59,282 nt of DNA from a virus (Duplodnaviria > Caudoviricetes). The notes under the pieces were generated by a model. The model was not told the origin of the DNA. It saw only the letters and a list, made by a program, of their open reading frames with translations, and did not search any database. The translations under genes were made by a program, and so were the position numbers. The DNA is taken from positions 1-59,282 of IMG/VR virus record IMGVR_UViG_3300009426_001070; one strand, 5' to 3'. This document shows positions 10,268-19,965 of this stretch, piece by piece; the first letter of the stretch is position 1, and each line of letters starts with the position of its first letter.

Positions 10268-11118
10268 TTCTTGTATTCATTAATTAGACCAACTAGCTCA
10301 AGTATTTTTTTCTTGTTAATTTCGTGCCAGTCAGAATAGCTTGCCCAATCAGAATATTCATCCTCTTTAAGCCAAGCAGTTTCCTTATTTTCTTTAACCT
10401 GTTTGCGCAAGAAAGCTTTAAAACTGTCGAATTCTGAAATTTTAAGAATAGACTTAACCTTGTTTTTTAGGGTTACGTCGGGTCCAGTTGGAGCATCCTT
10501 ACCACTCTTGTGTTCTTCTTCTTTTGGAGCATCTCCAATTTCATCTTTGCCAAGATAGGGTATATTGAAATAAGCCTTTACTGCGCGAATGAAAGATCGA
10601 TTTTCACTCATTGCAGCAAGGTAATATTTTGTAAAACTCTTACAGTTATTAAAATGTGTATCTGCGATACCAGAAGTTAATTGGCCATTCTGCCACAGGA
10701 TCTCACAGGAGAGCCCACAGTAGCCTTGATCGGCAGCTCCGAGGGGAACGTACCTAATGGAGGAAAAGCCCTCCTTGTGGAGTAAGTCTTTAAAAAACTG
10801 TAATAACAAAACTTCTACTCCTGACTTTTCGTCCTTACCTTTGAATTTGGGATTTTCGTCTAGGTATTTTTCCCAATCAAATTTCGTTGGATGGATAGGA
10901 GATGTGGGAGTTGCTTCTTTTTTTGTTTTTTTACTCATAATTTCTTTTTTAGATGTTAGAGAATTTGTTACGTTTGTCGAAGCTAGTTCAATAATATTTT
11001 TAGTATTATCTTCAAGCCAAGTTTCATAAATCTCATTGGCCAGAGGAATCACATTCCCGACTCCAGACTTTTTTATGTATCTTTTAAGATCATAATATTC
11101 TTTTTTCTTTTTGGACAT
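10264..11118 (-). CDS. Putative ssDNA-annealing protein (Rad52/Sak/Erf-like fold)
   Basis: AAMSENRSFIRAVKAYFNIPYLGKDEI resembles the SSAP core helix; inference. Confidence 0.4.
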   Translation of the reverse strand: MSKKKKEYYDLKRYIKKSGVGNVIPLANEIYETWLEDNTKNIIELASTNVTNSLTSKKEIMSKKTKKEATPTSPIHPTKFDWEKYLDENPKFKGKDEKSGVEVLLLQFFKDLLHKEGFSSIRYVPLGAADQGYCGLSCEILWQNGQLTSGIADTHFNNCKSFTKYYLAAMSENRSFIRAVKAYFNIPYLGKDEIGDAPKEEEHKSGKDAPTGPDVTLKNKVKSILKISEFDSFKAFLRKQVKENKETAWLKEDEYSDWASYSDWHEINKKKILELVGLINEYKK

Positions 11119-11119
11119 T

Positions 11120-11422
11120 TTAAATATCTAATAATTGTTTAAGTTCTTTTTGTGTGAAGAAGGAAAATTCATAAAAATAACCGTTAAGATTTTCAATCCC
11201 ATCCTCCATCATTTGCTCGATATCTATATCTTCATCATCATCTTCATCAATATGAAGATCTAATACATGATGGTTGAGCTCTTTAATTTTTACCAAACAG
11301 GGATAATCTTCTGGCTCTTCGTTAAAAAAGCCAGCATTCATATTACTGGTTTCAGCATCCTGAATAAGCATTTCTTTTAGTTTTTCGAAATCTTTGGGAT
11401 TTTTTAATATTGATGATTGCAT
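11120..11422 (-). CDS. Acidic hypothetical protein
   Basis: 100-aa ORF in operon context, Asp/Glu-rich. Confidence 0.7.
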   Translation of the reverse strand: MQSSILKNPKDFEKLKEMLIQDAETSNMNAGFFNEEPEDYPCLVKIKELNHHVLDLHIDEDDDEDIDIEQMMEDGIENLNGYFYEFSFFTQKELKQLLDI

Positions 11423-11599
11423 AATTATTTATTAGATTGAAAGTTTTTTACCAGAGTAGTAATTTTTATTTTAAAAAGATTTTTGGTTCTAAGAATTTTG
11501 CTAATTCAAGCAATACTTCTGCTTCAGAGTTTGCCCAAAAGGTTTTTTCTTGAAATAAACAAAAAAAGACCTGATCTATCTGGCAATACTCAATTTGAA

Positions 11600-12739
11600 T
11601 TAACATATGATTCTAAAATGCTCCATTTCCTTTATAAAGTCAAGACTTTTTTCGCCAATTTCTAAAATATTCTCTTGTGGGCTTTTTAAGGGGCGATTAT
11701 TTTTCCAATCCTGCTTGCTCATGTAAATCTTACCATCACTCAAAAGATATTTGTAACTTTTATATTTAGCGCCTTTTGGAATTTCAATATCATATTCTTT
11801 GTATTTATACATGTGAACGGTATCAATGTCCAGCAGTCTAAATCTGATATCGTTAATATTTTCTTTATCATCTGACCATAACCGAGTTTGAATCCCAATT
11901 TTACGCAATTTTTTAATATAGCCTAAATCGCAGTTCATATCAACCTTGAAACTGATATCTTGGATATTATTTTTAAATTGTTGATATAAATTTAAGGGAG
12001 TTTCTTTGTCAGTAATAATCGAATACTTATATATTGACAAATTTTCACAAAGCATTTTTTCATCATATTCATAATCACATCTCATTACTGGAGTCTTTCC
12101 CTGAAGAGACTCAGGGTTGACTACTACGTTAGGAATTACTTCGATTACTTGATTACCATAAGAAGAGCCGATAAGAATAGTTTCTACTTTTATTGGATCT
12201 ATACCTAATTGATCAAAAACCGAATTAATAACCTCTTCTGGTTTTATATAATTAATAGTCTTCGGGGATTCTTGAGGTGCAAATGACGGATTTTTACCGT
12301 CTCTATGCGATTCAATTAATTTAGCACTTTTGCTAAAGTGAGGCCCATGATTAACTGGAGTCGTTGGTCCATAAAGGGCAACAATTGGGGTATCGTGTAA
12401 CCCTGCGTGGTGCACAGCAAAGCTATCATTTCCGATATGTAATTTAGAGTTTCGCAATACATAAAATGTTTGGTTGATATTTAGCTTGTTGATCAAATTT
12501 ATGCAATAGGGATATTCCTTGCAATCGCGACCAATGTGTAGAATTTCATAACCCATTTCTTTTAGTTTGGGAGCTATAACCTCCAGAACATCAAGATAAT
12601 AATCATAATTTTTACTTTCCATCCCAGATGAAGTTTGGATTGTAATATATTTTGAGGGCACTGGATAAAAATCTTCACTTGGAGCTAGTTTGTTGATTTT
12701 AAATCCAGTAGAGAGTGAGTATCTTTCTAGTAGGTTCAT
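11600..12739 (-). CDS. Glycosyltransferase family 9 (heptosyltransferase-like), C-terminal Rossmann half plus extra domain
   Basis: KLHIGNDSFAVHHAGLHDTPIVALYGPT matches the GT9 signature. Confidence 0.8.
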   Translation of the reverse strand: MNLLERYSLSTGFKINKLAPSEDFYPVPSKYITIQTSSGMESKNYDYYLDVLEVIAPKLKEMGYEILHIGRDCKEYPYCINLINKLNINQTFYVLRNSKLHIGNDSFAVHHAGLHDTPIVALYGPTTPVNHGPHFSKSAKLIESHRDGKNPSFAPQESPKTINYIKPEEVINSVFDQLGIDPIKVETILIGSSYGNQVIEVIPNVVVNPESLQGKTPVMRCDYEYDEKMLCENLSIYKYSIITDKETPLNLYQQFKNNIQDISFKVDMNCDLGYIKKLRKIGIQTRLWSDDKENINDIRFRLLDIDTVHMYKYKEYDIEIPKGAKYKSYKYLLSDGKIYMSKQDWKNNRPLKSPQENILEIGEKSLDFIKEMEHFRIIC

Positions 12740-12786
12740 GTGGATATAATAATGTGCTCAATTAGTTGGATAATATCTTTCATTTT

Positions 12787-14721
12787 TTAATTAACTTTCT
12801 TTCCTTTAGACTTAGATTCAACCAGCATTTCTGGCTGATTATTGCTAAGGTAATTTAGATGCTTTTGAGTATCCACCGCTGGCATAACAAAAATTCCCAA
12901 ACCCTTTTCCTGACCCGCTCCGATTACATACATCTCTTGTTCAAGCATCGGGTTGAATGGTATCATATTATCAATAAAAGCACAACCCTTGAATACATCA
13001 AAATATTGAGGCTCTGTTACAATGTTAATATTATGATCTGGATATGAATGTCGGCAGGATTGAAGTAGCGACAAACAAATAATACAATCTCCGAGAGACT
13101 CTTTGATTACAAAGAATAAATCTTCCTTGCCGTTATTAAGCACGGAGTCTTTAAAATTTATTTCTTTTGTTTGAGCATCTTTAGAGGCTATTTGTTGGAA
13201 AATTGAAACAATCTTGTCCTTAGATTCTCCATTTGACAGTCTACCAATCCAGTGCTGCATACCTTGTTCGTCTGGATATTGCGAGTCTAGGAATCCAGAG
13301 TACAGGCTTTTAATAAATGATTCTTCATCTAAAGAAGTATCGGCCACGAAAGAAGGATTGGGTTTTTTGTTGTCATCAAATTTAACCTTAGAATAATCTA
13401 CTTTTGGCATGCTGTCAAAAATACTTGACCACTGATTGGCAACCACTTTTGAGTCAAACTTTTTAATTGCCCACTCCCTGCTCTTTCGTCCGATCTCTTT
13501 TCTCTTGGACTCATCCATCTGTTCAATTTTGCGCATAAACTTAACACAATCTTGTACGGAAGGTTCGGCCTTAATAAAACCACTATTGCACTCCGATGTC
13601 TCTACATATTTTATTTCGGTTACCTGTGGACACTCTAGATATGTTGAGCCGCATGAGTAACCTATTGTCGCTAATGGAAGGGCGTTCAGGAGGCTTTCTG
13701 CACAATGATACTCGAATCCACCAGACGTATAAACACTTAGAGCACAATCACTTATACCATAAATATATTTCATTTCATCATCACTAACTCCGTTGGTTAT
13801 AGATGCTGAATCTTGGCACTTTTGCCCGTTGCAAAATTTACAATTCTGTTGCTCACCATTATATGGTTTGATTTCAAACTGTTTACACTCCTTGCAAACG
13901 TAAGTTGTTAAAACATCTGACATTTCTAGCCCATTTTCTTCAATAAGCCTAGCCAAGGGCCATCCCTCGGTCCAAGAAGTGTGAACTGCTAATCGCACCC
14001 TTTTACTTCCTGAGTATTGCTTTTTATAAGAAGCTAGAGCTTTAATGAGAGTGTCGAATTTTTTTCTTAATTGGTTTCTTCCAACAAAATTAATTAAGAT
14101 ATCATCTTGCGGAATTCCAAATTTATTGCGCAAATCCCTCTTTTCAATATTAGATATTGGCTCATACTTATCTATCTCAATCGCCGCTGGGATAGTACCA
14201 ATGTTATAATTTGTTTTAATTTCTTTTTTTGCGAGACCATCCTTTAAGGCCTTTTCCCCGAATGGCGACCAAGAATAAGTATGGCAATTTTTAGCGAGCT
14301 CGAAAGATTCTGGAAGCAGGGCTAGGGAATCAAAAGTTATATGAGAGATCAAATTAACCCCTTTAGACCACTCCTTCTTTGTATAATAATCTAAGGGTGC
14401 TGCCCATAGGTCGTCAGATATGCAGACAATATCTGGCTTATGTTCCTTTATCGCGCTTTCCAGTGTTATTGCCCCATACGCAGCTAATCTACCGTAATGA
14501 GGGTCTTGCTGATATCTATGCTGTTGCTGCGGGTTCGATGAAAGTACAGGCAAAGTCTTCCAAGGGTACATCTCTAATTTTGGGTCTCCTTCTAGAGTGC
14601 CTTGGCACAAATGAATTATTTCATGTTTGCCATACCACTCTTTGAAAAGTGCTTTTGTATTTCGGCTAAGTCCCGTTTTAAGCCATAAGGCGTTGCTAAT
14701 CCATAAGATTTTTTTAGACAT
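12787..14721 (-). CDS. Multidomain glycosyltransferase: GT4-like (with CxxC..CxxC insert) + DUF4214-like + GT9 N-terminal half
   Basis: KTGLSRN, FVGRNQLRKK, SGGFEY (GT4-like); LYSGFLDSQYPDEQGMQHW; ESLGDCII...YPDHNINIVT. Confidence 0.75.
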   Translation of the reverse strand: MSKKILWISNALWLKTGLSRNTKALFKEWYGKHEIIHLCQGTLEGDPKLEMYPWKTLPVLSSNPQQQHRYQQDPHYGRLAAYGAITLESAIKEHKPDIVCISDDLWAAPLDYYTKKEWSKGVNLISHITFDSLALLPESFELAKNCHTYSWSPFGEKALKDGLAKKEIKTNYNIGTIPAAIEIDKYEPISNIEKRDLRNKFGIPQDDILINFVGRNQLRKKFDTLIKALASYKKQYSGSKRVRLAVHTSWTEGWPLARLIEENGLEMSDVLTTYVCKECKQFEIKPYNGEQQNCKFCNGQKCQDSASITNGVSDDEMKYIYGISDCALSVYTSGGFEYHCAESLLNALPLATIGYSCGSTYLECPQVTEIKYVETSECNSGFIKAEPSVQDCVKFMRKIEQMDESKRKEIGRKSREWAIKKFDSKVVANQWSSIFDSMPKVDYSKVKFDDNKKPNPSFVADTSLDEESFIKSLYSGFLDSQYPDEQGMQHWIGRLSNGESKDKIVSIFQQIASKDAQTKEINFKDSVLNNGKEDLFFVIKESLGDCIICLSLLQSCRHSYPDHNINIVTEPQYFDVFKGCAFIDNMIPFNPMLEQEMYVIGAGQEKGLGIFVMPAVDTQKHLNYLSNNQPEMLVESKSKGKKVN

Positions 14722-14755
14722 ATACTAGTATCACGAAAAAGATTAAAAATACAAT

Positions 14756-14783
14756 AAAAAATCCCGCCATTTCTGGCGGGATT
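14756..14783 (-). terminator. Intrinsic terminator after the SSB-like gene
   Basis: AATCCCGCCA-tttc-TGGCGGGATT hairpin with U tract on the minus strand. Confidence 0.85.
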
Positions 14784-14805
14784 GAAATTGAATTATTTAA
14801 CTAAT

Positions 14806-15474
14806 TTAAAAGGGAAGATCTTCATCTGCATCAAAAGATTCCTCCTCTTTGATGCTAGAAGCTTCCTGTTTGTCTTCAGAGACTTCTTGATAAGATGGCT
14901 TTTCATCTCCGTCAAATTGCTCAAAGAATTCTTCCGTCTTCCCCCATAAAAAGTCTTCCACTTCGGAGAAATCCCAAGTTTCCTTGCCCTTTACATTTTT
15001 CTTTAAAGGTTGAGGTAGCCCATTGGGGTTATCTCTTGTATAGTGCCAATTGACTCGCTCTCCCTCTTGTTCAATGATCATTACTGGCTTGCCCTCCTCA
15101 CCCTTGCGCGTTGAAGGGAAGATGGTGATTTCTACAGACTTTTGAACATTGATATTGGGAGCCGACTTACAAAATGAGTCTCTAAGCGAAGAGTTCCAAG
15201 GAAGATTAAGATTGAAAATTTCATCACCGTCTTTAAACTTAATGACGATTGACTCGATAACCAATCCTCCGACTTCCTTTCGCTTAACTTCTCCTCCAAC
15301 AATGTATCCATCTACACTCTTGAAGAAAACTTCATATACGCTCTTGCCTTCGTTTTTGCCTTGAGTGATCTTGCGCTCTTTAGCTCCGTCTGTTCCCTCA
15401 GGAACGCGAAGGGAAATTCTGCCATTTGTTACGCCAAGAAATTTCCCGCTGTTTGTGTTTTTGTTTAGTCCCAT
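14806..15474 (-). CDS. Putative ssDNA-binding protein
   Basis: Beta-rich body, acidic tail ending DADEDLPF, own terminator. Confidence 0.6.
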   Translation of the reverse strand: MGLNKNTNSGKFLGVTNGRISLRVPEGTDGAKERKITQGKNEGKSVYEVFFKSVDGYIVGGEVKRKEVGGLVIESIVIKFKDGDEIFNLNLPWNSSLRDSFCKSAPNINVQKSVEITIFPSTRKGEEGKPVMIIEQEGERVNWHYTRDNPNGLPQPLKKNVKGKETWDFSEVEDFLWGKTEEFFEQFDGDEKPSYQEVSEDKQEASSIKEEESFDADEDLPF

Positions 15475-15591
15475 AATTTATGTTTTTTTGTGTTAGATAC
15501 TCCAGAATTGGAGTATATTAAATTTATTTATACTATATATATTACAGTTTGTCAACTGTTTTGTGAGAATACTATAAACTTTTATTTGCGA

Positions 15592-15987
15592 TTAATTATC
15601 CGTAAGATCGTCAAAACTTATAAAATCATTTTCGACTTTTTCGGGCCTGTCTTTATGGTGCTTATACCCTTTTTCTTTTTTAAAATCATTAAAGAACTTA
15701 TTTTGTTCAGGGTCATAACCCATTTTAGATTTTCTCTCTTCGCTCAATTCTTTGGAGTAGTCAAGAATGTCACCATAAGTTCCCTTCATTTTACCAGTTT
15801 TATCAATAAATCTCTTTTTATCAAACGCATCTATCTTAGAAGAACCTTGACTATTGAATTTAGGCTTTTCCCATATTCTTTCCCATTTTACCCCATCTTT
15901 AATATATTCGTGAGTTTCGCTCATTGATTGAATTATTTCAATAATATCTTCTGAGTCTGCTGGATTTGAATAAGTATATAGAGGCAT
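15592..15987 (-). CDS. FmdB-like small protein lacking the zinc-ribbon cysteines
   Basis: MPLYTY start typical of the family; no CxxC. Confidence 0.5.
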   Translation of the reverse strand: MPLYTYSNPADSEDIIEIIQSMSETHEYIKDGVKWERIWEKPKFNSQGSSKIDAFDKKRFIDKTGKMKGTYGDILDYSKELSEERKSKMGYDPEQNKFFNDFKKEKGYKHHKDRPEKVENDFISFDDLTDN

Positions 15988-16046
15988 ATTAAATGTTTTT
16001 AAATTTATCTTTTTTTTATTATAAGATAATGTTTATATTTTTCAAC

Positions 16047-16076
16047 AAAAAAACTCGCCCCACTATGCAGGGCGAG
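16047..16076 (-). terminator. Intrinsic terminator
   Basis: CTCGCCC-N9-GGGCGAG hairpin with A7 on the plus strand. Confidence 0.75.
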
Positions 16077-16097
16077 CTGATATAAATAATAATTATA

Positions 16098-16244
16098 TTA
16101 TTTTTCTAATTTTTCTTTAACTTTATTAGCAATATCGTCAATTTGATCCGCGAAGGGAGCAACTGATTTTACGTTATTCCTATAAAAGAAAATGCCAGTC
16201 ACGATGCCAGCGATGTACAGTCCTATTCCAGTTAACATACTCAT
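16098..16244 (-). CDS. 48-aa single-pass membrane protein (not in ORF track)
   Basis: MSMLTGIGLYIAGIVTGIFFYRNNVK...KLEK; TGTAA motif upstream, terminator downstream. Confidence 0.7.
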   Translation of the reverse strand: MSMLTGIGLYIAGIVTGIFFYRNNVKSVAPFADQIDDIANKVKEKLEK

Positions 16245-16324
16245 AGTAATTAATTACAGCTGTTTTTGATTTTTGGGAGAATTAATAGCAAATAATAAAA
16301 ATATTTTAAACAAGTGCCAAGGGT

Positions 16325-16615
16325 TTAAATAACTTTAGCGTTTTGCAATTCTTTCTTTCTATTATTATAAGTTTTAGTATCAAGCTTATGCCTAACTTGT
16401 TTTAGCTTATAAAGCTTTTCTTCGATTAGTAAATTCGGATCAATAGAATAACTGTCGATGTCTGAGGTGTCAATTTGACTCTCTTGACGGACAAGCTTAG
16501 CCTTAAATAATCTCCAAATCTTAAAACGATATAAGAATATATTAATTTTCTTAAGCACCAGAACTCCCAAATCCATTAGAACCTCGATCACTATCACCAA
16601 GTTCGCTAACTTCAA
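16325..16615 (-). CDS. Hypothetical protein (true start probably downstream)
   Basis: ORF overlaps the 3' end of dUTPase. Confidence 0.45.
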   Translation of the reverse strand: MKLANLVIVIEVLMDLGVLVLKKINIFLYRFKIWRLFKAKLVRQESQIDTSDIDSYSIDPNLLIEEKLYKLKQVRHKLDTKTYNNRKKELQNAKVI

Positions 16616-17141
16616 GAACGTCAGATGAGTTTACAGGTACAATTACTAATTGAGCAATTTTATCTCCAGCTTCGAATTTAATCTTTGCGTTACGAATGAA
16701 TCTACTTCGATCCTCGCTGTGACAAAAACCCTCAGGGTAGACCATAATTACTTCCACCTCTCCAGTATAGCCCTCGTCTATAACCCCGCCCTTGATTTCA
16801 ATCCCGCGAGATGCTAGGCCGCTCTTCTCTTTAACAAAACCCACATGGCCTTTTGGAATTTGGATTGCGATTCCAGTTGATACCAACTTTCTTTCGCTTT
16901 TTTGAATTGTAAACTCCTCAACACAAAACAAATCTAGGCCAGCATCCGTTTTGTGTGCTCGAACTGGGATATTTGCATTGTCTTGAAGCTTCTTTACTTT
17001 GATAGAACAAGCATTCGCTTGGGGCTTTGAGGCCTTAACCTTTACTTGTGCAGGTGTTACGCTCTTCGCGTCCGTTTTGTTATTAGAGTCTTTATTTTCG
17101 ACTTTAGATGTTTTTTTAATTACTGTCTTTTTCTTTGTCAT
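16551..17141 (-). CDS. dut: Trimeric dUTPase with Lys-rich N-terminal extension
   Basis: DAGLDL, KSGLA, GVIDEGYTGE, RGSNGFGSSG motifs. Confidence 0.95.
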   Translation of the reverse strand: MTKKKTVIKKTSKVENKDSNNKTDAKSVTPAQVKVKASKPQANACSIKVKKLQDNANIPVRAHKTDAGLDLFCVEEFTIQKSERKLVSTGIAIQIPKGHVGFVKEKSGLASRGIEIKGGVIDEGYTGEVEVIMVYPEGFCHSEDRSRFIRNAKIKFEAGDKIAQLVIVPVNSSDVLEVSELGDSDRGSNGFGSSGA

Positions 17142-17281
17142 TAGATTTGCTTATATGCCCTTTTTAATGATTTATATCGATCTTTAGCAGATAGATATTC
17201 CTTGAGTTTTTTAACTTCAGAATCATGGCTAATCGAAAAGCTTGCCATTTTTCTCAATTCTTTTGCTCTTTTCCCTCTCAT
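17141..17281 (-). CDS. 46-aa basic protein (not in ORF track)
   Basis: MRGKRAKELRK...YKSLKRAYKQI; stop overlaps the dUTPase start (TAATG). Confidence 0.65.
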   Translation of the reverse strand: MRGKRAKELRKMASFSISHDSEVKKLKEYLSAKDRYKSLKRAYKQI

Positions 17282-17282
17282 G

Positions 17283-17483
17283 TTATGAGATTTTACTAAC
17301 TGAATTTACGTGGTACTTTACCTGTCCACGTTCGCCAGAATATTTATCGAAAGTCACATATGACTCACCAACATTCTTGATTCGACCGACGAACTTCTGT
17401 TCGCCACTTTTATTTCCAATAGTAACAGTATTGAAACGACCTTTGCTTTTTGTTTTGATTCCCTTTATTGCTGTATTTTTCAT
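17283..17483 (-). CDS. Small beta-rich (SH3-like) protein
   Basis: ATG at 17483 directly follows the upstream gene's stop. Confidence 0.6.
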   Translation of the reverse strand: MKNTAIKGIKTKSKGRFNTVTIGNKSGEQKFVGRIKNVGESYVTFDKYSGERGQVKYHVNSVSKIS

Positions 17484-17487
17484 AATA

Positions 17488-17721
17488 TTATCTAAAAATT
17501 TTATCGAATAGTTTTTCAAATGCACTCTTAATGTCTGGTAAGTCTTCTTTATTTTTGAGTGCGCGATCTTTAGCTTGCCTTAGTTGATTCGGCGTAAACA
17601 GATAGTCGTCACCTTCAGAGTGAAGATGATAGTAAACAGGAGCAGCAGAAATATACTTATCCTTGTTGTGAACTTCAGCGAAGTTTCCTTTAACTTTTCT
17701 TGATTTTAATACTTTGTTCAT
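17488..17721 (-). CDS. Hypothetical protein
   Basis: ORF with 4-nt overlap to the upstream gene. Confidence 0.7.
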   Translation of the reverse strand: MNKVLKSRKVKGNFAEVHNKDKYISAAPVYYHLHSEGDDYLFTPNQLRQAKDRALKNKEDLPDIKSAFEKLFDKIFR

Positions 17722-18812
17722 AATATATTTTCTAATAGTTTAGTAGCCATCTTCTCATAACTAAACTCATTTGTCAAGTTATTTTTTTTATTTTTTGATT
17801 TTAACGCATTATTTATTTGATTTACCATCTCTTCTTCTTCGAAGTCATAAATATTTCCAGAATTAAAGGGAGCCCTTTTATCAAAAAACATTCCATCATC
17901 TGCGGAAATTTTACCACTAGATTTTACAATCCAAGAATTACTTTCATTTGCCCACTCTTTTAGACCAGAGTTGCAATGAACAACAGCCTTTTTGCCGAGT
18001 CCAGCCATGTGAAAAGATGGCAGAGACCAGCTTTCACCGCCAGAACCATCAACTACAATATCTGCTATATTATAGCACTTGTTGAGTTCGATCAACTTTG
18101 GAAAGTGTCCCATTAAAACGAAATTGTCTGGGATCTTGCCGCCGCAAGCTTCTTGAATTAACTGGAGATTTATCGCACTGCATCTCTCAGCATTTTGCTG
18201 ATCATAGAATGAGTTAAAAACATGTAGGTGTATTCTAAACTTATAATTATTTCCCCAATTATCTGCCAATAACTTAATCATCTTAGCTGTTCGCTTACGA
18301 TGTTCGAATTTACCAGCTAGTGCAATGACAGTAGGATTATCTTTGTAAGGCTCTACCTCTACGGGCTTAAATGCTAGAGAGTTATATCCGAGTGGAATAG
18401 TAGAAATATTTTTGACCCCGTATTCTTCTCCGACCTTTTCAGTAAAACTACATGGAGAAAAAACTTTCTCAAAATTATTTAAAATATTCTTTTCAGTTTT
18501 TGTCATCTGGTCAAGCTCATGGAAAAAGTATAGAAAGTTATTTTTCCCCACTGTTTCATGACTGCCATTAATGTGCCAAAGCTTCAAGGTTGGATCGCTT
18601 GATTTGAATTCTGTTTGAGATTTGCCACAACAGTGTTGAAGCCATTTTGAAAAATCTTCAGGTAGAATTCCGTCAAAAGAAGATATATCTGGGTTCCCGA
18701 TTAAAAAAACATTTGGTTCTAATTTTTTTAAAAAAATTTCATAAAGTATATTGGTTGCAACCTGTCCGAGGCTAGTCGAATTAATTGGAAATTGTAAATT
18801 AAATTGTGTCAT
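17718..18812 (-). CDS. Glycosyltransferase, GT4-like
   Basis: AGKFEHRK, GGESWSLP. Confidence 0.8.
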   Translation of the reverse strand: MTQFNLQFPINSTSLGQVATNILYEIFLKKLEPNVFLIGNPDISSFDGILPEDFSKWLQHCCGKSQTEFKSSDPTLKLWHINGSHETVGKNNFLYFFHELDQMTKTEKNILNNFEKVFSPCSFTEKVGEEYGVKNISTIPLGYNSLAFKPVEVEPYKDNPTVIALAGKFEHRKRTAKMIKLLADNWGNNYKFRIHLHVFNSFYDQQNAERCSAINLQLIQEACGGKIPDNFVLMGHFPKLIELNKCYNIADIVVDGSGGESWSLPSFHMAGLGKKAVVHCNSGLKEWANESNSWIVKSSGKISADDGMFFDKRAPFNSGNIYDFEEEEMVNQINNALKSKNKKNNLTNEFSYEKMATKLLENIL

Positions 18813-18987
18813 ATTCTTTTTTTGTTAAAATCTCTTTGTCTAGTTTGGTTAATTTCTGAGGAGTATTGAATAAAAGTTCTTTATTTTTAGAATAATATCC
18901 AATAACTAACTCTTCTCCGTTTATCATTCTACTAATCGGGCTTAATCTTCCTTTTTTTGCTTTTTTAATTAATTGTTTATCTCTCAA
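18799..18987 (-). CDS. Hypothetical protein
   Basis: Overlaps both neighbours in the operon. Confidence 0.55.
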   Translation of the reverse strand: MRDKQLIKKAKKGRLSPISRMINGEELVIGYYSKNKELLFNTPQKLTKLDKEILTKKEYDTI

Positions 18988-19523
18988 TAGATTTCCTTTA
19001 TTAAAATTTTCTTAAATCTATTAATTTGGCGGTTGTACTTTTGTCTAACCCATTCATAGCTATATTTACCATCAAACAGAGCTTCGATTTCCTTCAAAGT
19101 ATGACCCTCCAACCTTTTGATTAAGATAAACCTATCTTCTTTATTAGAGATGTTATCTTTGACATATTCATAAATCTCTTCCATGTCCGAGCTAAAATGC
19201 TGGCTTCCGTCCCAATCATGGATTTCTGATGCTTTTTTGCTCCGAGACATGTAGTTATGGCAAGTCCAAAAAGTTTTATTACCAAGCCAAGTATTAAACT
19301 GACCCCTTTCCGCCTTGTACTCTTTCGCTACTTCATAAAAAAATGTCAAAGGATTTTCTTCTAAATCTCTGACTTCCATCACACTGTGGAACTTTCTCGC
19401 TTTTTGATGAAATATACCAGAGTGTCGATTCTGGAGCTCTTCCAGACAACCAGAAACCTCTTTGTTTTCCTTAATATTGGACGTCAGCTCTATGTCTGAA
19501 AGTTTAGAAATTTCCGAAATCAT
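18984..19523 (-). CDS. Sigma-70-like (ECF-sized) phage sigma factor
   Basis: LSDIEL...region 2-like YKAERGQFNTWLGN; region 4-like TLKEI...YEWVRQ. Confidence 0.7.
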   Translation of the reverse strand: MISEISKLSDIELTSNIKENKEVSGCLEELQNRHSGIFHQKARKFHSVMEVRDLEENPLTFFYEVAKEYKAERGQFNTWLGNKTFWTCHNYMSRSKKASEIHDWDGSQHFSSDMEEIYEYVKDNISNKEDRFILIKRLEGHTLKEIEALFDGKYSYEWVRQKYNRQINRFKKILIKEIY

Positions 19524-19556
19524 GTACTAGTATCTATTAAGTTTGAAATAATTCAA

Positions 19557-19964
19557 TTATTTTTTTAACATTTCTGGGTTTTCATAAATATTGCCAAGAA
19601 TTTTTATTCCAGCTTTATTTTCTTGGGTCAGATAGTCACCCAGATAATGAGTATCTTTATCAAAACTTGAACCATCCAGAATGAAGGCTGCATTATTGAA
19701 CTTAATAACCCCTATGTCGTAAGATATTGTTTCGCCTCCTTCCTCTAAAATAAAAACACAAATGTCTCCTTCATAAATTTCTTCACCATCTTCAGATAAA
19801 AGCTCAGTAGATTTTAGAGTGAGCGCATTAATCTGTCTTAACATCTTATTATCGCAAAAATGGTTTTTGAATATTTTACCAGATAAAGAAGAGTAATACT
19901 CATGTTTGTCGCTATTATCTACAAAACAATTAAGTCCTTTGTCCCAGATTTTAAAATTAAACAT
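19557..19964 (-). CDS. YopX family protein
   Basis: FKIWDK...EIYEGDI...ILGNIYENPEML. Confidence 0.9.
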   Translation of the reverse strand: MFNFKIWDKGLNCFVDNSDKHEYYSSLSGKIFKNHFCDNKMLRQINALTLKSTELLSEDGEEIYEGDICVFILEEGGETISYDIGVIKFNNAAFILDGSSFDKDTHYLGDYLTQENKAGIKILGNIYENPEMLKK

Positions 19965-19965
19965 A

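Noticed and set aside
15490-15927. 145-aa plus-strand hydrophobic ORF, and the similar 53983-54360 minus-strand ORF
   Set aside because: Antisense to better-supported genes; hydrophobicity is an artefact of A-rich sense strands
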